Shown one piece after another: positions 28,191 to 38,379 of a stretch of DNA of 64,000 bases (positions within the stretch are counted from its first letter, which is position 1; each line of letters starts with the position of its first letter). The translations under genes were made by a program, and so were the position numbers. Below the pieces are notes generated by a model. It made no database searches and was not told where the DNA came from. It saw only the letters and a program-made list of their open reading frames with translations. The stretch lies in the IMG/VR virus record IMGVR_UViG_3300046507_000667, positions 62,001-126,000 of that record. The stretch is one strand, 5' to 3'.

Positions 28191-29444
28191 TTACTCAGCA
28201 TTACTGATATGCTTAAAAATGTCTTTTAATGCAAATAGCAAGAAAGAAGTCAGATAAAAGTCACTAGACGCAATCTTCAATTCTGAAGAGGAGTCTGTAT
28301 ATCTATCTTCAATTGTATGTATTGCATCCAATACGGTATCAAGCTTATCTGAGTCTGTAGCATTTCGCTTCCAATCTAGATACTTGATAAAGAAAATTTC
28401 ATTTGGATCTTCAGTTAGTCCGTCTGCAGGAGTACGGAAAATTTGAGTATTAAATGTATCTAGTAGAGTCTGACGTACATCTAATGGCGTACCATCATAT
28501 AGATAGTCTACGAATGACTGTTTCTTTTGAATATAGAAATTATATCCATAGTCACCAGTAAGTCCAGCCATACTTACAATCTGGAAGGTATTCTGAGTTG
28601 TAGGTAATTTAGATACATCCATCAAGTTATTCTGAAGATAATAAAAGATGGACTTGCGGTAAGTCTGACCTGATGCATACTTCAATACAGTTGGATTGAT
28701 TCGAGTAGAAGTTCTTAATGATTGATAACGTTCAGTCAGCTTATTATCAATTAAAAACTTATTCAAATACTGATCTACTGTACTTCCACTAAGGAAGACC
28801 ATATTAGCTTCTACATAGAAGCGTTCTCGGAAGCATGCAAATACATCATCAAATACTAATCGAATTTGCTTCACAGAGTCGGCATGACTCTTAGGAAGGA
28901 CAGGATTGGTCGATCTACCAATAAGCTTAAAATCTACTTCTAGCTCTTTTACTACCTGTCTAAGAATCTCATCAACTTTATAGTTGCTGATTCTTAAGGT
29001 AATCTTATAAAACTTTTGGTTATTGTAGTTATCTGCTTCTACATTCATAACCGTGAATAGGTATTTCTTAGAGTTTCTACTAATTTCTACCTGATCTTCA
29101 TACATTGGTATGACTGTATCAGGAATAATAATAGCAGTAGTTTCAATCTCACTCTGAATACCATTATCACTTTGACTTGTACCGAAATCTGCCTGTTGCA
29201 GATCGTATAATGGGAAGTTGTCAATCCGATAATAACCAGATGGTGATTCCTCACCCACTGATTCGTTATATGCTGTAAAAGGTACATCAAAATCGGAGGC
29301 AAACTTACTTCGGCTAAAGTATGATACGAATGTCGGTGCTGACTCTAGGAAATTAGAATATCTAGCTGTAGCGTCCTTGACATACTCAGACACATTCATG
29401 TCAATCAGCTCTTCCACAGAAACTACGGAGTTGACGCGTCCCAT
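28191..29444 (-). CDS. Probable virion structural (neck/head-completion-like) protein
   Basis: 417 aa with late motif at 29467-29478; family assignment tentative. Confidence 0.45.
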   Translation of the reverse strand: MGRVNSVVSVEELIDMNVSEYVKDATARYSNFLESAPTFVSYFSRSKFASDFDVPFTAYNESVGEESPSGYYRIDNFPLYDLQQADFGTSQSDNGIQSEIETTAIIIPDTVIPMYEDQVEISRNSKKYLFTVMNVEADNYNNQKFYKITLRISNYKVDEILRQVVKELEVDFKLIGRSTNPVLPKSHADSVKQIRLVFDDVFACFRERFYVEANMVFLSGSTVDQYLNKFLIDNKLTERYQSLRTSTRINPTVLKYASGQTYRKSIFYYLQNNLMDVSKLPTTQNTFQIVSMAGLTGDYGYNFYIQKKQSFVDYLYDGTPLDVRQTLLDTFNTQIFRTPADGLTEDPNEIFFIKYLDWKRNATDSDKLDTVLDAIHTIEDRYTDSSSELKIASSDFYLTSFLLFALKDIFKHISNAE

Positions 29445-29561
29445 AGAAATTCCTTTAAGTTTTTTCTAAAGCTTTGTTATTTTACAAAAATGAGCAAAAA
29501 ATAAAGCAGGATAAAATAAACCCCTATACTCCCAATTAAGGAAGTATAGGGGTATTAAAGC

Positions 29562-29711
29562 TTAACCATTTAGAATCTTGCTAAGTTGCTCAGTTTCTTT
29601 AGTATTGGCAGTTTCTAAGAATCCACCAGAGAAATGATCATCTACCTTTTGATTTTCAATAAGACCTTCACTAACTACTACATCGGGAATTTGATTTACG
29701 TTCTGTTCCAT
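29562..29711 (-). CDS. Small hypothetical protein, 49 aa, not in the ORF track
   Basis: AAGGA SD, MEQNVNQIPD...KILNG, ends just before a hairpin. Confidence 0.55.
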   Translation of the reverse strand: MEQNVNQIPDVVVSEGLIENQKVDDHFSGGFLETANTKETEQLSKILNG

Positions 29712-29720
29712 GATTAATCC

Positions 29721-30095
29721 TTAATGAAAGAATACAGTTTGTTTAGCATGGTGTACTGCATCAGCAAATTGAACGAAAAATTCAATTAGCTTATCTTCAC
29801 TATCGATACTATGATCTCGTAAAGGACGAATCATATTACCAATATTTGCTTTGTCATCTCGTTCATCATAAGCTAAATAGGTGGTACTATAATTAGCTTT
29901 TTCAACTGACTCAAAAGATGCAAATGAACCAATAATCAAATTACCAAGATTTTTGATATTCGGTTGATTATCAATATATACTTGGTTGTCTTCAATATAC
30001 TTTTTCATTTCTGCACGAGTAGCAGTATAGCAGAAATCTAAGTGTGGTTCTGACTTTTCCCTTTTAGGTGGAATAAATTCATCTGAATAAAACAT
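29721..30095 (-). CDS. Hypothetical protein, 124 aa
   Basis: Coupled ORF. Confidence 0.75.
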   Translation of the reverse strand: MFYSDEFIPPKREKSEPHLDFCYTATRAEMKKYIEDNQVYIDNQPNIKNLGNLIIGSFASFESVEKANYSTTYLAYDERDDKANIGNMIRPLRDHSIDSEDKLIEFFVQFADAVHHAKQTVFFH

Positions 30096-30679
30096 TAGCT
30101 AAAGATCCTTTTAATCCAAGATTTCTTATTTAGTTTGGCATCTAACTGCTTTGCTTCGAAAACAGTATCTTTTCTTATTTGCCTAATATTAGTTTTATGA
30201 TTATCAATATCATCAAAGAATTTATCAATATCCTTTGTAATTTTATTAAATTTAGGATATTGAACTTGGTATGTGATATGTAACCACTCTTCACCATTAT
30301 TAAAATTTTCTCTATTCTTTCTTTCAGCCTTAAATGAGGAATACCAAAAGTTATAAGCAATAAACCACTTATTTTTAAATACAGTCAGTACTGAAAGAAT
30401 TTGGCAAATATGCACATGTAGATTGATTGCTGTATCATCATCAAGAAGATAACCAATTCCTTCTTTTAGATATTTACGATATTCTTCTCGAATAATCTTT
30501 TCAACATGATCTACATTGTTTAATAGATCAAAGATATTCAGATTCTCTTCATCAGCATCTCGAAAATTTCTAGTTGACAATTCAAAATCAACTAATTGGC
30601 TAAATGCAATTACTTTGTTCAAGAAATCTAAGTATTCCTTAGACATGATCTTTCCTTTATTCTTCTTCCTCGATAACAA
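30095..30679 (-). CDS. Hypothetical protein; start possibly at MSKEYL
   Basis: ORF. Confidence 0.7.
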   Translation of the reverse strand: MLSRKKNKGKIMSKEYLDFLNKVIAFSQLVDFELSTRNFRDADEENLNIFDLLNNVDHVEKIIREEYRKYLKEGIGYLLDDDTAINLHVHICQILSVLTVFKNKWFIAYNFWYSSFKAERKNRENFNNGEEWLHITYQVQYPKFNKITKDIDKFFDDIDNHKTNIRQIRKDTVFEAKQLDAKLNKKSWIKRIFS

Positions 30680-31295
30680 GGTTAGATTTAAAATATTCCT
30701 TGTTAATAAGCTGATTGGCCATGTGAATCGACAGAAGTGTATTTGCCATTTGAGCTAGATTAAAATCATAGATCATATTAGCAAATACTCGAAATTCTTT
30801 AAGAGGCATAAAATCTGCATGCTCATCAGTTTCAACAAGAATCCGAAATCCTAACTCATAAGGGTCTTCTCCAGAACCACGAAAGTCAGGAATAATCACA
30901 AGTTGTTGATTAGACCGATTAGTCAGTGCATAATCTTTATTGTTTCTTTTAACCTTGAATCTCTTCTTGGTTGGTAAATCAGGGTGTTTGATTTCTTCGA
31001 TAACTGCATCAATATCATCATAAAATGCTAAAGCATTTACAAAGACATCTCGTAAATCATAGATATCAAAGTGTGATACTGCAAACTGCTTAGTTTTATC
31101 AGCCCAATCCATTTCTTCCTTTGGACTGGTAAGTTTAAAAATTAGATATGAAGAAGTAAGGAGGGTCGCAGTATTATTGTACATATTGAACCATCCAGCG
31201 GCCTTACCAGCACGATTTTTACTCTTTCCTTTACTAACTTTAAACTCCAGACTGAAATTACCGAAGCTTAGTAGGATTTGCTTTGGATCTGCCAT
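30657..31295 (-). CDS. Hypothetical protein, 212 aa
   Basis: ORF with late motif at 31333-31344. Confidence 0.8.
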   Translation of the reverse strand: MADPKQILLSFGNFSLEFKVSKGKSKNRAGKAAGWFNMYNNTATLLTSSYLIFKLTSPKEEMDWADKTKQFAVSHFDIYDLRDVFVNALAFYDDIDAVIEEIKHPDLPTKKRFKVKRNNKDYALTNRSNQQLVIIPDFRGSGEDPYELGFRILVETDEHADFMPLKEFRVFANMIYDFNLAQMANTLLSIHMANQLINKEYFKSNLVIEEEE

Positions 31296-31430
31296 TTATA
31301 GGTCTCGTACTAGGACATTTATAGACTAATTATATTCTGATGTTTCATATTCTTTTAAGACCTATTCTACATTAGAATATAATCCCCCTTACCCACATAT
31401 AGTGAGTAAGGAGAACTTTTATGCTAATGC

Positions 31431-31757
31431 TTACTTGCCAAAGCGAGCAACATCTGCACCTGTTGCACCAGCAATTGTTGTTGTAGCTTGATTGTAGTGT
31501 GTTTCAAGCTCAAGAGCGGCTGTAGCTTCATAAATAACTGAATACTTGCCGATTGGTAGAGTATCACCTTCTAGGCCATTCCAAAGCTGTTGCATTTCAC
31601 CAAATGGAATAAGCATTAGACGTGGTTGTTCACCGGGAGCTTGTGGTGGTTGAATATGGATTAGACGTGGTTTACGCATATAAAATTTTGCGTCATCTTC
31701 CTTTGTTACATCACCAACTACTGCTTGATTTGATGTAAGAACTAGAACCTTGATCAT
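31431..31757 (-). CDS. Hypothetical protein, 108 aa
   Basis: ORF with AAGGA SD. Confidence 0.8.
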   Translation of the reverse strand: MIKVLVLTSNQAVVGDVTKEDDAKFYMRKPRLIHIQPPQAPGEQPRLMLIPFGEMQQLWNGLEGDTLPIGKYSVIYEATAALELETHYNQATTTIAGATGADVARFGK

Positions 31758-31786
31758 GATGTTTTCCTTTATTGAAAAAATAAGAA

Positions 31787-32419
31787 TTATTCTTGTACTA
31801 CAGGTGCTTCTTCTGGAAGCATTGCAAAAATCTGGCGGACTGTCAAGCTATTAGCAATGACTGTTTCCAACGGATATTCTTCTTTGTCATCTAGACAGAC
31901 AACATAGCTTTCATCCCATTCATTTGCCATACGAATCTTATCATGGTCAGTTAGAAGACCAAGTTGTAGTGCGGCAATGGGAGATACTTTTTGATGAAGG
32001 CTACCAAATTCAACTAGCTCTTCAGTAAAGACATTAGTACCAAGATGTTTTAATACATTAGTATCAAGTTGCTTTAGATCGCGATCGAGAAGATACTCAG
32101 CGAATTGGCGCTTTGTAAGAAGATGCTCTGCTGGCTGAAGTTGAATGACATCACCATCTTCACTTGCTGGAAGAGCAGCAAGAATTTGACGAACTGACAG
32201 AATGGCCTGTTGCCATTGATCGCCAACCTTCTTTACATAGTGGATAAATACTCCACCACGAGCAGCAGCATACATGTCATGATCTTTGCTAGTAAGCTTA
32301 CCTAGAAATTGAGCAGCAACTGCAAGGGTGCTACTTTGATAAATCAAACCTTGCTCAAATTCTTGTCCATTTAGAACTTGGTCGAAAATGAATTGAGCAA
32401 ATTTGGTTTTAGTCAGCAT
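31787..32419 (-). CDS. Hypothetical protein, 210 aa, with two internally similar halves (LTK.QFA...)
   Basis: MLTKTKFAQFIFD versus LLTKRQFAEYLLD; early motif at 32475. Confidence 0.75.
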   Translation of the reverse strand: MLTKTKFAQFIFDQVLNGQEFEQGLIYQSSTLAVAAQFLGKLTSKDHDMYAAARGGVFIHYVKKVGDQWQQAILSVRQILAALPASEDGDVIQLQPAEHLLTKRQFAEYLLDRDLKQLDTNVLKHLGTNVFTEELVEFGSLHQKVSPIAALQLGLLTDHDKIRMANEWDESYVVCLDDKEEYPLETVIANSLTVRQIFAMLPEEAPVVQE

Positions 32420-32537
32420 CTACTTTTCCTTAGAAGTTTAATGAAAGCACTTTATTATAGTTGTGCTCAATTTAATAATATATTTCTAAATTGAGGTTTA
32501 AAATCCTATAGCAGTTTGCACCACTATAGGATTTTCT

Positions 32538-34052
32538 TTACTCATCTTCTTCTTCGACATTTGTCTCAGGAGGATTCAATGTTACTTTGTGAATTTCAGT
32601 ACAAATATCTTCGACAGTTCGAGTCTCATTGTAAAGACTCTTTTTACACTTCTTAAGTGTACCATCACATAATTGCATAAATATACTCTTCTTATTAGGC
32701 TCATCACGAATACGTCCCATGATTTGCTTAATATGTGATTCAGAAGTAATTGGATAGATATTGATAATTACTTCTAAGTCTTTGATGTTGATAATACCAG
32801 CAAAACTTTTATCAGTACTTACAATAAGTTGAGCATCAGTTTCTTTCCAACGTTCATCAATATCTTCAATATCACTATTGAATAAGCCAACTGTCCTCTT
32901 AGGATACTTTTCTTTTAAGTAACTATAGATAATGTCATTGTCTTCTTTAGTTCTACCAAGAATAGCAATCTTATTGGTAGGCTTAGATAGCATCTTAGTA
33001 GCTTGATTGACACATTTCCTAATAACTGTATCTAAGAAGAAATCCCTATAAGGTAATTCTTTATTAGGATTAAAAATGATTTTCTTACCATAGTTGATAT
33101 AGTCAAAACCATTTGGTTTAGCTAAACCTTTAGTATGCCCCTTTGGTGCATTTGAATGATATGTAAGTGCCCAGAAATCAAACCTCTGCTTTGCACCTTC
33201 ATCATAAATACACTCTTCAGAAGGCATTAATGATTCTAATAACTTAGTCTCCTTATACATCTTTCGAGTAGGAGTTGCTGTTAGATATAAAGTATTCTTG
33301 GATGAAACCATCATCTCAAGATAGAAAAGTACAATGATATTTAAGTGAACTTCATCGTGCACCATAAGACCCGGTTGAAGTTCATCAAAAAAGTTTTGCA
33401 TTAGATCAAATTGTCGATCAATAATAAGACTACTAAAAGTCTTAGATGATGCTAAGACTAATTTGTACTTTTCTTTATTCTTTAAAAGCTTAGCTAATGA
33501 ATCTCTACCAGCAAGAGTAAAGATTTCTGTAGGTTTGATATCAGTAAATTTCTCTGCTTCTTGTTTCCAAGTAAGAATAGCTTTATCATCTGGACAGTTG
33601 ATGAATGCTAAAGTTTTCTTAATTGAAATGTATTTTAGAGTTAAGAAAGTTTTACCAGTACCAGTACTAGCAAATAATGCCCTTCTAGCTAACTTAGCAA
33701 GCTTACTATAATTTCCTCTGCCTAAAAGAAAATCAAGCATTTCTGCTTGTAACTCACTTCTTGGCTCAGCTTCTACATTGACATCTCTAGATGATGCAGG
33801 AATGTAGTATGAATCTTTGATTTGTTCCGAGGTATCAGCAATATCTTCTAGAATATCTCGTTTAAAGCGTCGTGGTACTGCAATGGCAGGTTCTCCATTA
33901 TACATTACTTCAAATGCAGCTACCCATTCAGATAGCCTCTCGAAGTACATACCTGTCTTTACAATAGTTACCCAACGCAGAAACTTTTGAAAAGCATCAT
34001 CATCTCTGAATTCTGTTATCAAAAGCCTCTTAGGTTGTAAGATAATAGCCAT
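32538..34052 (-). CDS. Superfamily 2 helicase (UvsW-like)
   Basis: ASTGTGKT, DEVH, LTATP and QIMGRIR motifs. Confidence 0.9.
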   Translation of the reverse strand: MAIILQPKRLLITEFRDDDAFQKFLRWVTIVKTGMYFERLSEWVAAFEVMYNGEPAIAVPRRFKRDILEDIADTSEQIKDSYYIPASSRDVNVEAEPRSELQAEMLDFLLGRGNYSKLAKLARRALFASTGTGKTFLTLKYISIKKTLAFINCPDDKAILTWKQEAEKFTDIKPTEIFTLAGRDSLAKLLKNKEKYKLVLASSKTFSSLIIDRQFDLMQNFFDELQPGLMVHDEVHLNIIVLFYLEMMVSSKNTLYLTATPTRKMYKETKLLESLMPSEECIYDEGAKQRFDFWALTYHSNAPKGHTKGLAKPNGFDYINYGKKIIFNPNKELPYRDFFLDTVIRKCVNQATKMLSKPTNKIAILGRTKEDNDIIYSYLKEKYPKRTVGLFNSDIEDIDERWKETDAQLIVSTDKSFAGIINIKDLEVIINIYPITSESHIKQIMGRIRDEPNKKSIFMQLCDGTLKKCKKSLYNETRTVEDICTEIHKVTLNPPETNVEEEDE

Positions 34053-34189
34053 GATTTTTCTTCACAATAAGGTGAACAGTATAACTTATTGTTATATTTT
34101 CATGGAATTTTACAAAAAATAAAGGAAGTATAAAGAAGTCCCTTACTACCCGGAGGTAGTAAGGGATTTAGCTTATAAACGTTTATATG

Positions 34190-34732
34190 CTATTGATATT
34201 CGTCCTCTTCCATTTCTTCTGGAGAGAGAACTTCATCAATACTTCCATCATTGTCCCAACGCCGAACTCTATCATCGATAGAACGTCTAACATTTAGGAC
34301 TTGCATTACCTTTACTCCATGCTTATCTAGCCATAGAGCACCTTCACCATCATCATGATTTTCTAGAAAGAAGACTTTTGAAATTCCTGCTTCCAGAATC
34401 CTAGCTGCGCATCTAAGACATGGGCACAATGTGACGAATAGGTAATTACCTTCGCATAGCTTATGACCTGCTTTAATGATTGCTCGTTCTTCAGCATGAA
34501 GTAGAGTAACATCAGACTTACCGGTCCTTGGATCGACACAGTCATGATATGTATCTACTCCAAGTGGTTTTGCATTAAAACCAGTACTGATAATTTCATA
34601 TTTAGTATCAGTAATAATGCAACCTACTTGCTTACGAAGATCTGGAGAACGATGAGCTTCTATAAGAGCTTGCTCAAAAATCCGCTTATAATGGCCATGC
34701 GGACCTTGGTAAAAAGTCTTTGATTTTGCCAT
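34190..34732 (-). CDS. dCMP deaminase
   Basis: QVGCII, GFNA.P, HAEE, PCLRCA motifs. Confidence 0.9.
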   Translation of the reverse strand: MAKSKTFYQGPHGHYKRIFEQALIEAHRSPDLRKQVGCIITDTKYEIISTGFNAKPLGVDTYHDCVDPRTGKSDVTLLHAEERAIIKAGHKLCEGNYLFVTLCPCLRCAARILEAGISKVFFLENHDDGEGALWLDKHGVKVMQVLNVRRSIDDRVRRWDNDGSIDEVLSPEEMEEDEYQ

Positions 34733-34765
34733 AATTCCCTATTCTTATTAATAGGAAAAGACTAT

Positions 34766-36571
34766 TTAGAAAATACCATCAATAATCGATTCCTCTGTCT
34801 TATCAAACAGGTTAGTTTCTAGAAGCTGGCGGAGTCGTTCGAATGCCAATGATACAGCAACCGAATTAGAATTGATAATTGCATTGGTTAGCTTAAGGAA
34901 ATAAGGACGAGTTCCTTGAGCATGACGTCGTTGAATATTTTCAGGATCACGAGCCAGTTCCCGTACAATCATTTCTACACCGACAGATGAGGAGCGGATG
35001 TTTGACTTGTTAAGCAAGTCGATGATATCTGCTACTAATTCATCTGTTGATTCACGCTTATTCAATTCTTCTTCAGATTCGAGCAGCTTTAGCAGTTTCT
35101 TGAGTGGTGCCGAGATTTCATTATTCTCGATCGACATACGGAATACTTCTTCTCCTTTTCGAATGTCAACACGGTTTTCTTCATCAAGGCGATTTTCAAT
35201 ATTGTCAGCAAAGAGTTCGATGTCTTCAATACTGAATTCATATGCTTCTTCTTCAGAATGTACAGTTAGCTTACCAACTGTCTTTGTATTAGATTCTTCA
35301 TCTGTTACAAATTCATCGATAGAGATAGTGAATCCATCTTTAGCAATCAAGGAATTCTTATCAATATCAAAGAAGTCTTCCATACCTACTGGAAGTTCAA
35401 TCTTATCAGTCTTAACTGCAAGCAAATGCTTAGATGATAATAGCATCTGAGTAATCTGTTCAGTCAAGAGCAGAACTGCAGCCATACCAATATGATAATC
35501 ATTCATATCAGCTAGACCACCATAACATGCTTTACAAATCTTATTGCCTGTGAGACTACAGCCAATTGGACCACGCATGTGGATGGTTTTGCCGATTAGA
35601 TAATTGCCATCTGGACCTGAGTCACTGAATCCTTCATCGCCTTCTTCAAAATAGAATCGATGTAGGACTCGCTTTGCAATATCTTTATCTTTGATTTCTA
35701 GACTTGTATATTCTTCAGAGCCACAGTCTTCTTCATCACGAGCAAGTGTTGTATTAATCAATAGCAATGCTAATTTCCGTGACAGATAACCTGCACTACG
35801 AACTTGAGTTGCATTGATAATTAATGCTTTACGTGCGCCCAGAGCATTTGTAAAGTAGTCTGTAGAATTACGAAGACCACGATAGAATGATGTATTAATA
35901 GGCTTCTCAATAATCCGACCATATAGATCTGGCTTAAGAGAAATATTTACGAACACTTGCTGGAATTGCTTCAAAGATACTGAACTTAAAAGATTCTTAT
36001 AGCATGTATCTGATGCTTTCAAGATCTCAATGAGTTTCTTAGCCTGCTCTTCAACTGTACGTTCAATTTCAGAAAACTGTGAATTCTCATTGGATTCAAA
36101 TTCTAATAGCTTCTTGACTTCTGGATAATCTTTTGCAAGATGCACCATGTCATAAATATTAATTGAATTACCCTTTAAGTAATTAATTTGCCAAGCATAT
36201 CGTGCCAATTCTTTAGCAGTATTTGCCATAGCGTCAGTGAGACTAATACGATCTTCGCCATCATATGTAATGATAGACTCATTAAAATACTTCAAAATCG
36301 TACCATTTACATCACCTGTGACATTAACGAAATCATCGAATGTCAACTTACGCTTAAATGAGAATCTTGTACGAATTAGCAGTAATGATAAGATCAAATC
36401 ATTGACCTTAATCTCTTTTGTCTTCTTTCCTAGTTGTAGAGTTACTACTTCGTCTTTATAGGCGAAATCACCTTTGATTAAATCAATAAGCCCGTCAATA
36501 AGTTTATTGACTTCCTCTGAGCTTTTATTATTAATATAATCTACATTAATAACTTCAGTAGTTTCTGACAT
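34766..36571 (-). CDS. RNA polymerase beta'-like C-terminal subunit, probably non-virion RNAP
   Basis: GARKALI....VRSAGYLSRKL bridge helix; Zn site C..ICKACYG; EQITQMLLSSKH trigger loop. Confidence 0.88.
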   Translation of the reverse strand: MSETTEVINVDYINNKSSEEVNKLIDGLIDLIKGDFAYKDEVVTLQLGKKTKEIKVNDLILSLLLIRTRFSFKRKLTFDDFVNVTGDVNGTILKYFNESIITYDGEDRISLTDAMANTAKELARYAWQINYLKGNSINIYDMVHLAKDYPEVKKLLEFESNENSQFSEIERTVEEQAKKLIEILKASDTCYKNLLSSVSLKQFQQVFVNISLKPDLYGRIIEKPINTSFYRGLRNSTDYFTNALGARKALIINATQVRSAGYLSRKLALLLINTTLARDEEDCGSEEYTSLEIKDKDIAKRVLHRFYFEEGDEGFSDSGPDGNYLIGKTIHMRGPIGCSLTGNKICKACYGGLADMNDYHIGMAAVLLLTEQITQMLLSSKHLLAVKTDKIELPVGMEDFFDIDKNSLIAKDGFTISIDEFVTDEESNTKTVGKLTVHSEEEAYEFSIEDIELFADNIENRLDEENRVDIRKGEEVFRMSIENNEISAPLKKLLKLLESEEELNKRESTDELVADIIDLLNKSNIRSSSVGVEMIVRELARDPENIQRRHAQGTRPYFLKLTNAIINSNSVAVSLAFERLRQLLETNLFDKTEESIIDGIF

Positions 36572-36577
36572 GTATCA

Positions 36578-36865
36578 TTATTTTAAGAAACTGGCAAGTT
36601 TACCAGTGAAATCAGGAAACGCAATTCCAATCTTATTCTTTCTATCATTGGTAGAAGTTGAATTAGAATTGTTCGAATGGACATTGATTACAACTGACTG
36701 TGCAGTGATAGATGGAAGCTGACTCAATACATCAGAGACATTAACCACCGACTTCGATGCACTATTCTTAGGTTTATTTTTTGTCTTGCTTGAATCGCTC
36801 TTTTGACGGTTCATAGACTTTTTTTGCTTTCCTTTAGTGTTTACATAACTACCGACATTACTCAT
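36578..36865 (-). CDS. Small basic Ser/Lys-rich protein
   Basis: ORF. Confidence 0.6.
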   Translation of the reverse strand: MSNVGSYVNTKGKQKKSMNRQKSDSSKTKNKPKNSASKSVVNVSDVLSQLPSITAQSVVINVHSNNSNSTSTNDRKNKIGIAFPDFTGKLASFLK

Positions 36866-37239
36866 TTTATACGCCCTTTATAATAAGTCTAAGAGGGACG
36901 AATAAAACCTGATCAATCTAAGAATTTTATTTTACGAACTGTTTCATGTCTATGAATTTAAGTATGTTTCTTATTGAGAAACAGGGACTAAATTGATTCC
37001 AACCGGTACCAACCTCAGATTGCCTTATTATTAATATTCCGGCGCGCTTATGGTTTACAGGCGCATTTGAAAAGCTAAAATTACATCAGATTTCAAGTTA
37101 ATTCGCTATTTTTATTTATATTCAATCAGATACTACTAAATAACAAATAGTGATTATTTTGAAAAATAAAACTTTGGGTAAAACCCCCTATACCACCGGG
37201 AAGGTAGTATAGGGGTTACAGTTTTAAAGCTTTACTGAT

Positions 37240-38166
37240 TTACTTCTTGCCTTTCGCTGCAGGAGTGAAAGTTTGTTGACCTTCTTCATCGGTTGACCAA
37301 GTACCGGCAACAAAGTTACCCTTGGCGTCGAGATTACCTTCAACGAATTCACCATCATCGTTCACTTGACCCTTAACGCTTACCTTACCAATAGCAATGC
37401 TTGCCTTGATAGCGATATGCTCATGGACGAATGTAGCGAGTGGGTTTGCTTCAACTTCCAGACCACCTGTACCAGCATAGATACGGCTTTGAACTGGTGA
37501 GCGACGGAACTTAACACCGAATAGATTGACGCTATACTTCGGGAAGATTTCTTCAGCGAAGAATGCTTCAAACTTTTCAAGAGTACGACGTGCATCAGCG
37601 ATCGTAACGCCTTCCTTCTCTGCAAACATACGGAGGAAATCATCGCGTGGAATGATCGAACCTTCGTTTGGCAGTTCCTTGGGTTGACGTGGTTGACGAG
37701 CAGCACCGAAAAGTGTCTTAGCCTTAGCACCACCTTCTTCAGCAGCAGCTGCCTTAGCAACTGGCTTCTTGGTAGCAACTGGACCTGCCTTCTTGACAGC
37801 TACAGGAGCCTTCTTAGCAACGACAGTCTTCTTTGCAGCAGGTGCAGGAGCAGCTTCTTCTTCAGCAACTTCTTCTTCACCCTGATCTTCTTCACCAGCA
37901 ACTTCTTCACCAGCGGTATCTTCTTCGCCAGTTACTTCTTCTTCACCTTGCTCTTCGTCAGCAGCGGCTTCTTGTTCTTCTTCGCTTGGCTCTTCAACAA
38001 CAGGAGCAGCCTTCTTTACAATAGCCTTCTTACCAGGAAGAGTCTTCTTTGCAGCAGGAGCAGCAGCGGCTTCTTCTTCGTCTTGCGCTTCTACTTCATT
38101 AGCTTCAACTTGTGCCTTAACGGGAGCCTTTGCAACGATCTTCTTCTTGAGTTGTGGTAGTGCCAT
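37240..38166 (-). CDS. Histone-like (PAAKK plus acidic) protein with possible divergent HU-like C-terminal domain
   Basis: Low-complexity N-terminus; RDDFLRMFAEKEGVTIADARRTLEKF resembles HU helices 1-2. Confidence 0.55.
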   Translation of the reverse strand: MALPQLKKKIVAKAPVKAQVEANEVEAQDEEEAAAAPAAKKTLPGKKAIVKKAAPVVEEPSEEEQEAAADEEQGEEEVTGEEDTAGEEVAGEEDQGEEEVAEEEAAPAPAAKKTVVAKKAPVAVKKAGPVATKKPVAKAAAAEEGGAKAKTLFGAARQPRQPKELPNEGSIIPRDDFLRMFAEKEGVTIADARRTLEKFEAFFAEEIFPKYSVNLFGVKFRRSPVQSRIYAGTGGLEVEANPLATFVHEHIAIKASIAIGKVSVKGQVNDDGEFVEGNLDAKGNFVAGTWSTDEEGQQTFTPAAKGKK

Positions 38167-38379
38167 GATGATGTATTCCTAAGTTGTGTTAAAATAAAAT
38201 TTATAAAGTTTTCAAACTTACTACGAGATGGAAATTGCAAGAATTTATAGATTTTATTAAAATTCTTTCTTCTCTCCATTAAAATAATATATCTCTATTT
38301 TAGTCTTTAAATTTTTGACCTCATATGACCTCAAGTATCTTATTGTTGAACATCTACCAAATTTACATAAGGTAAGGAT

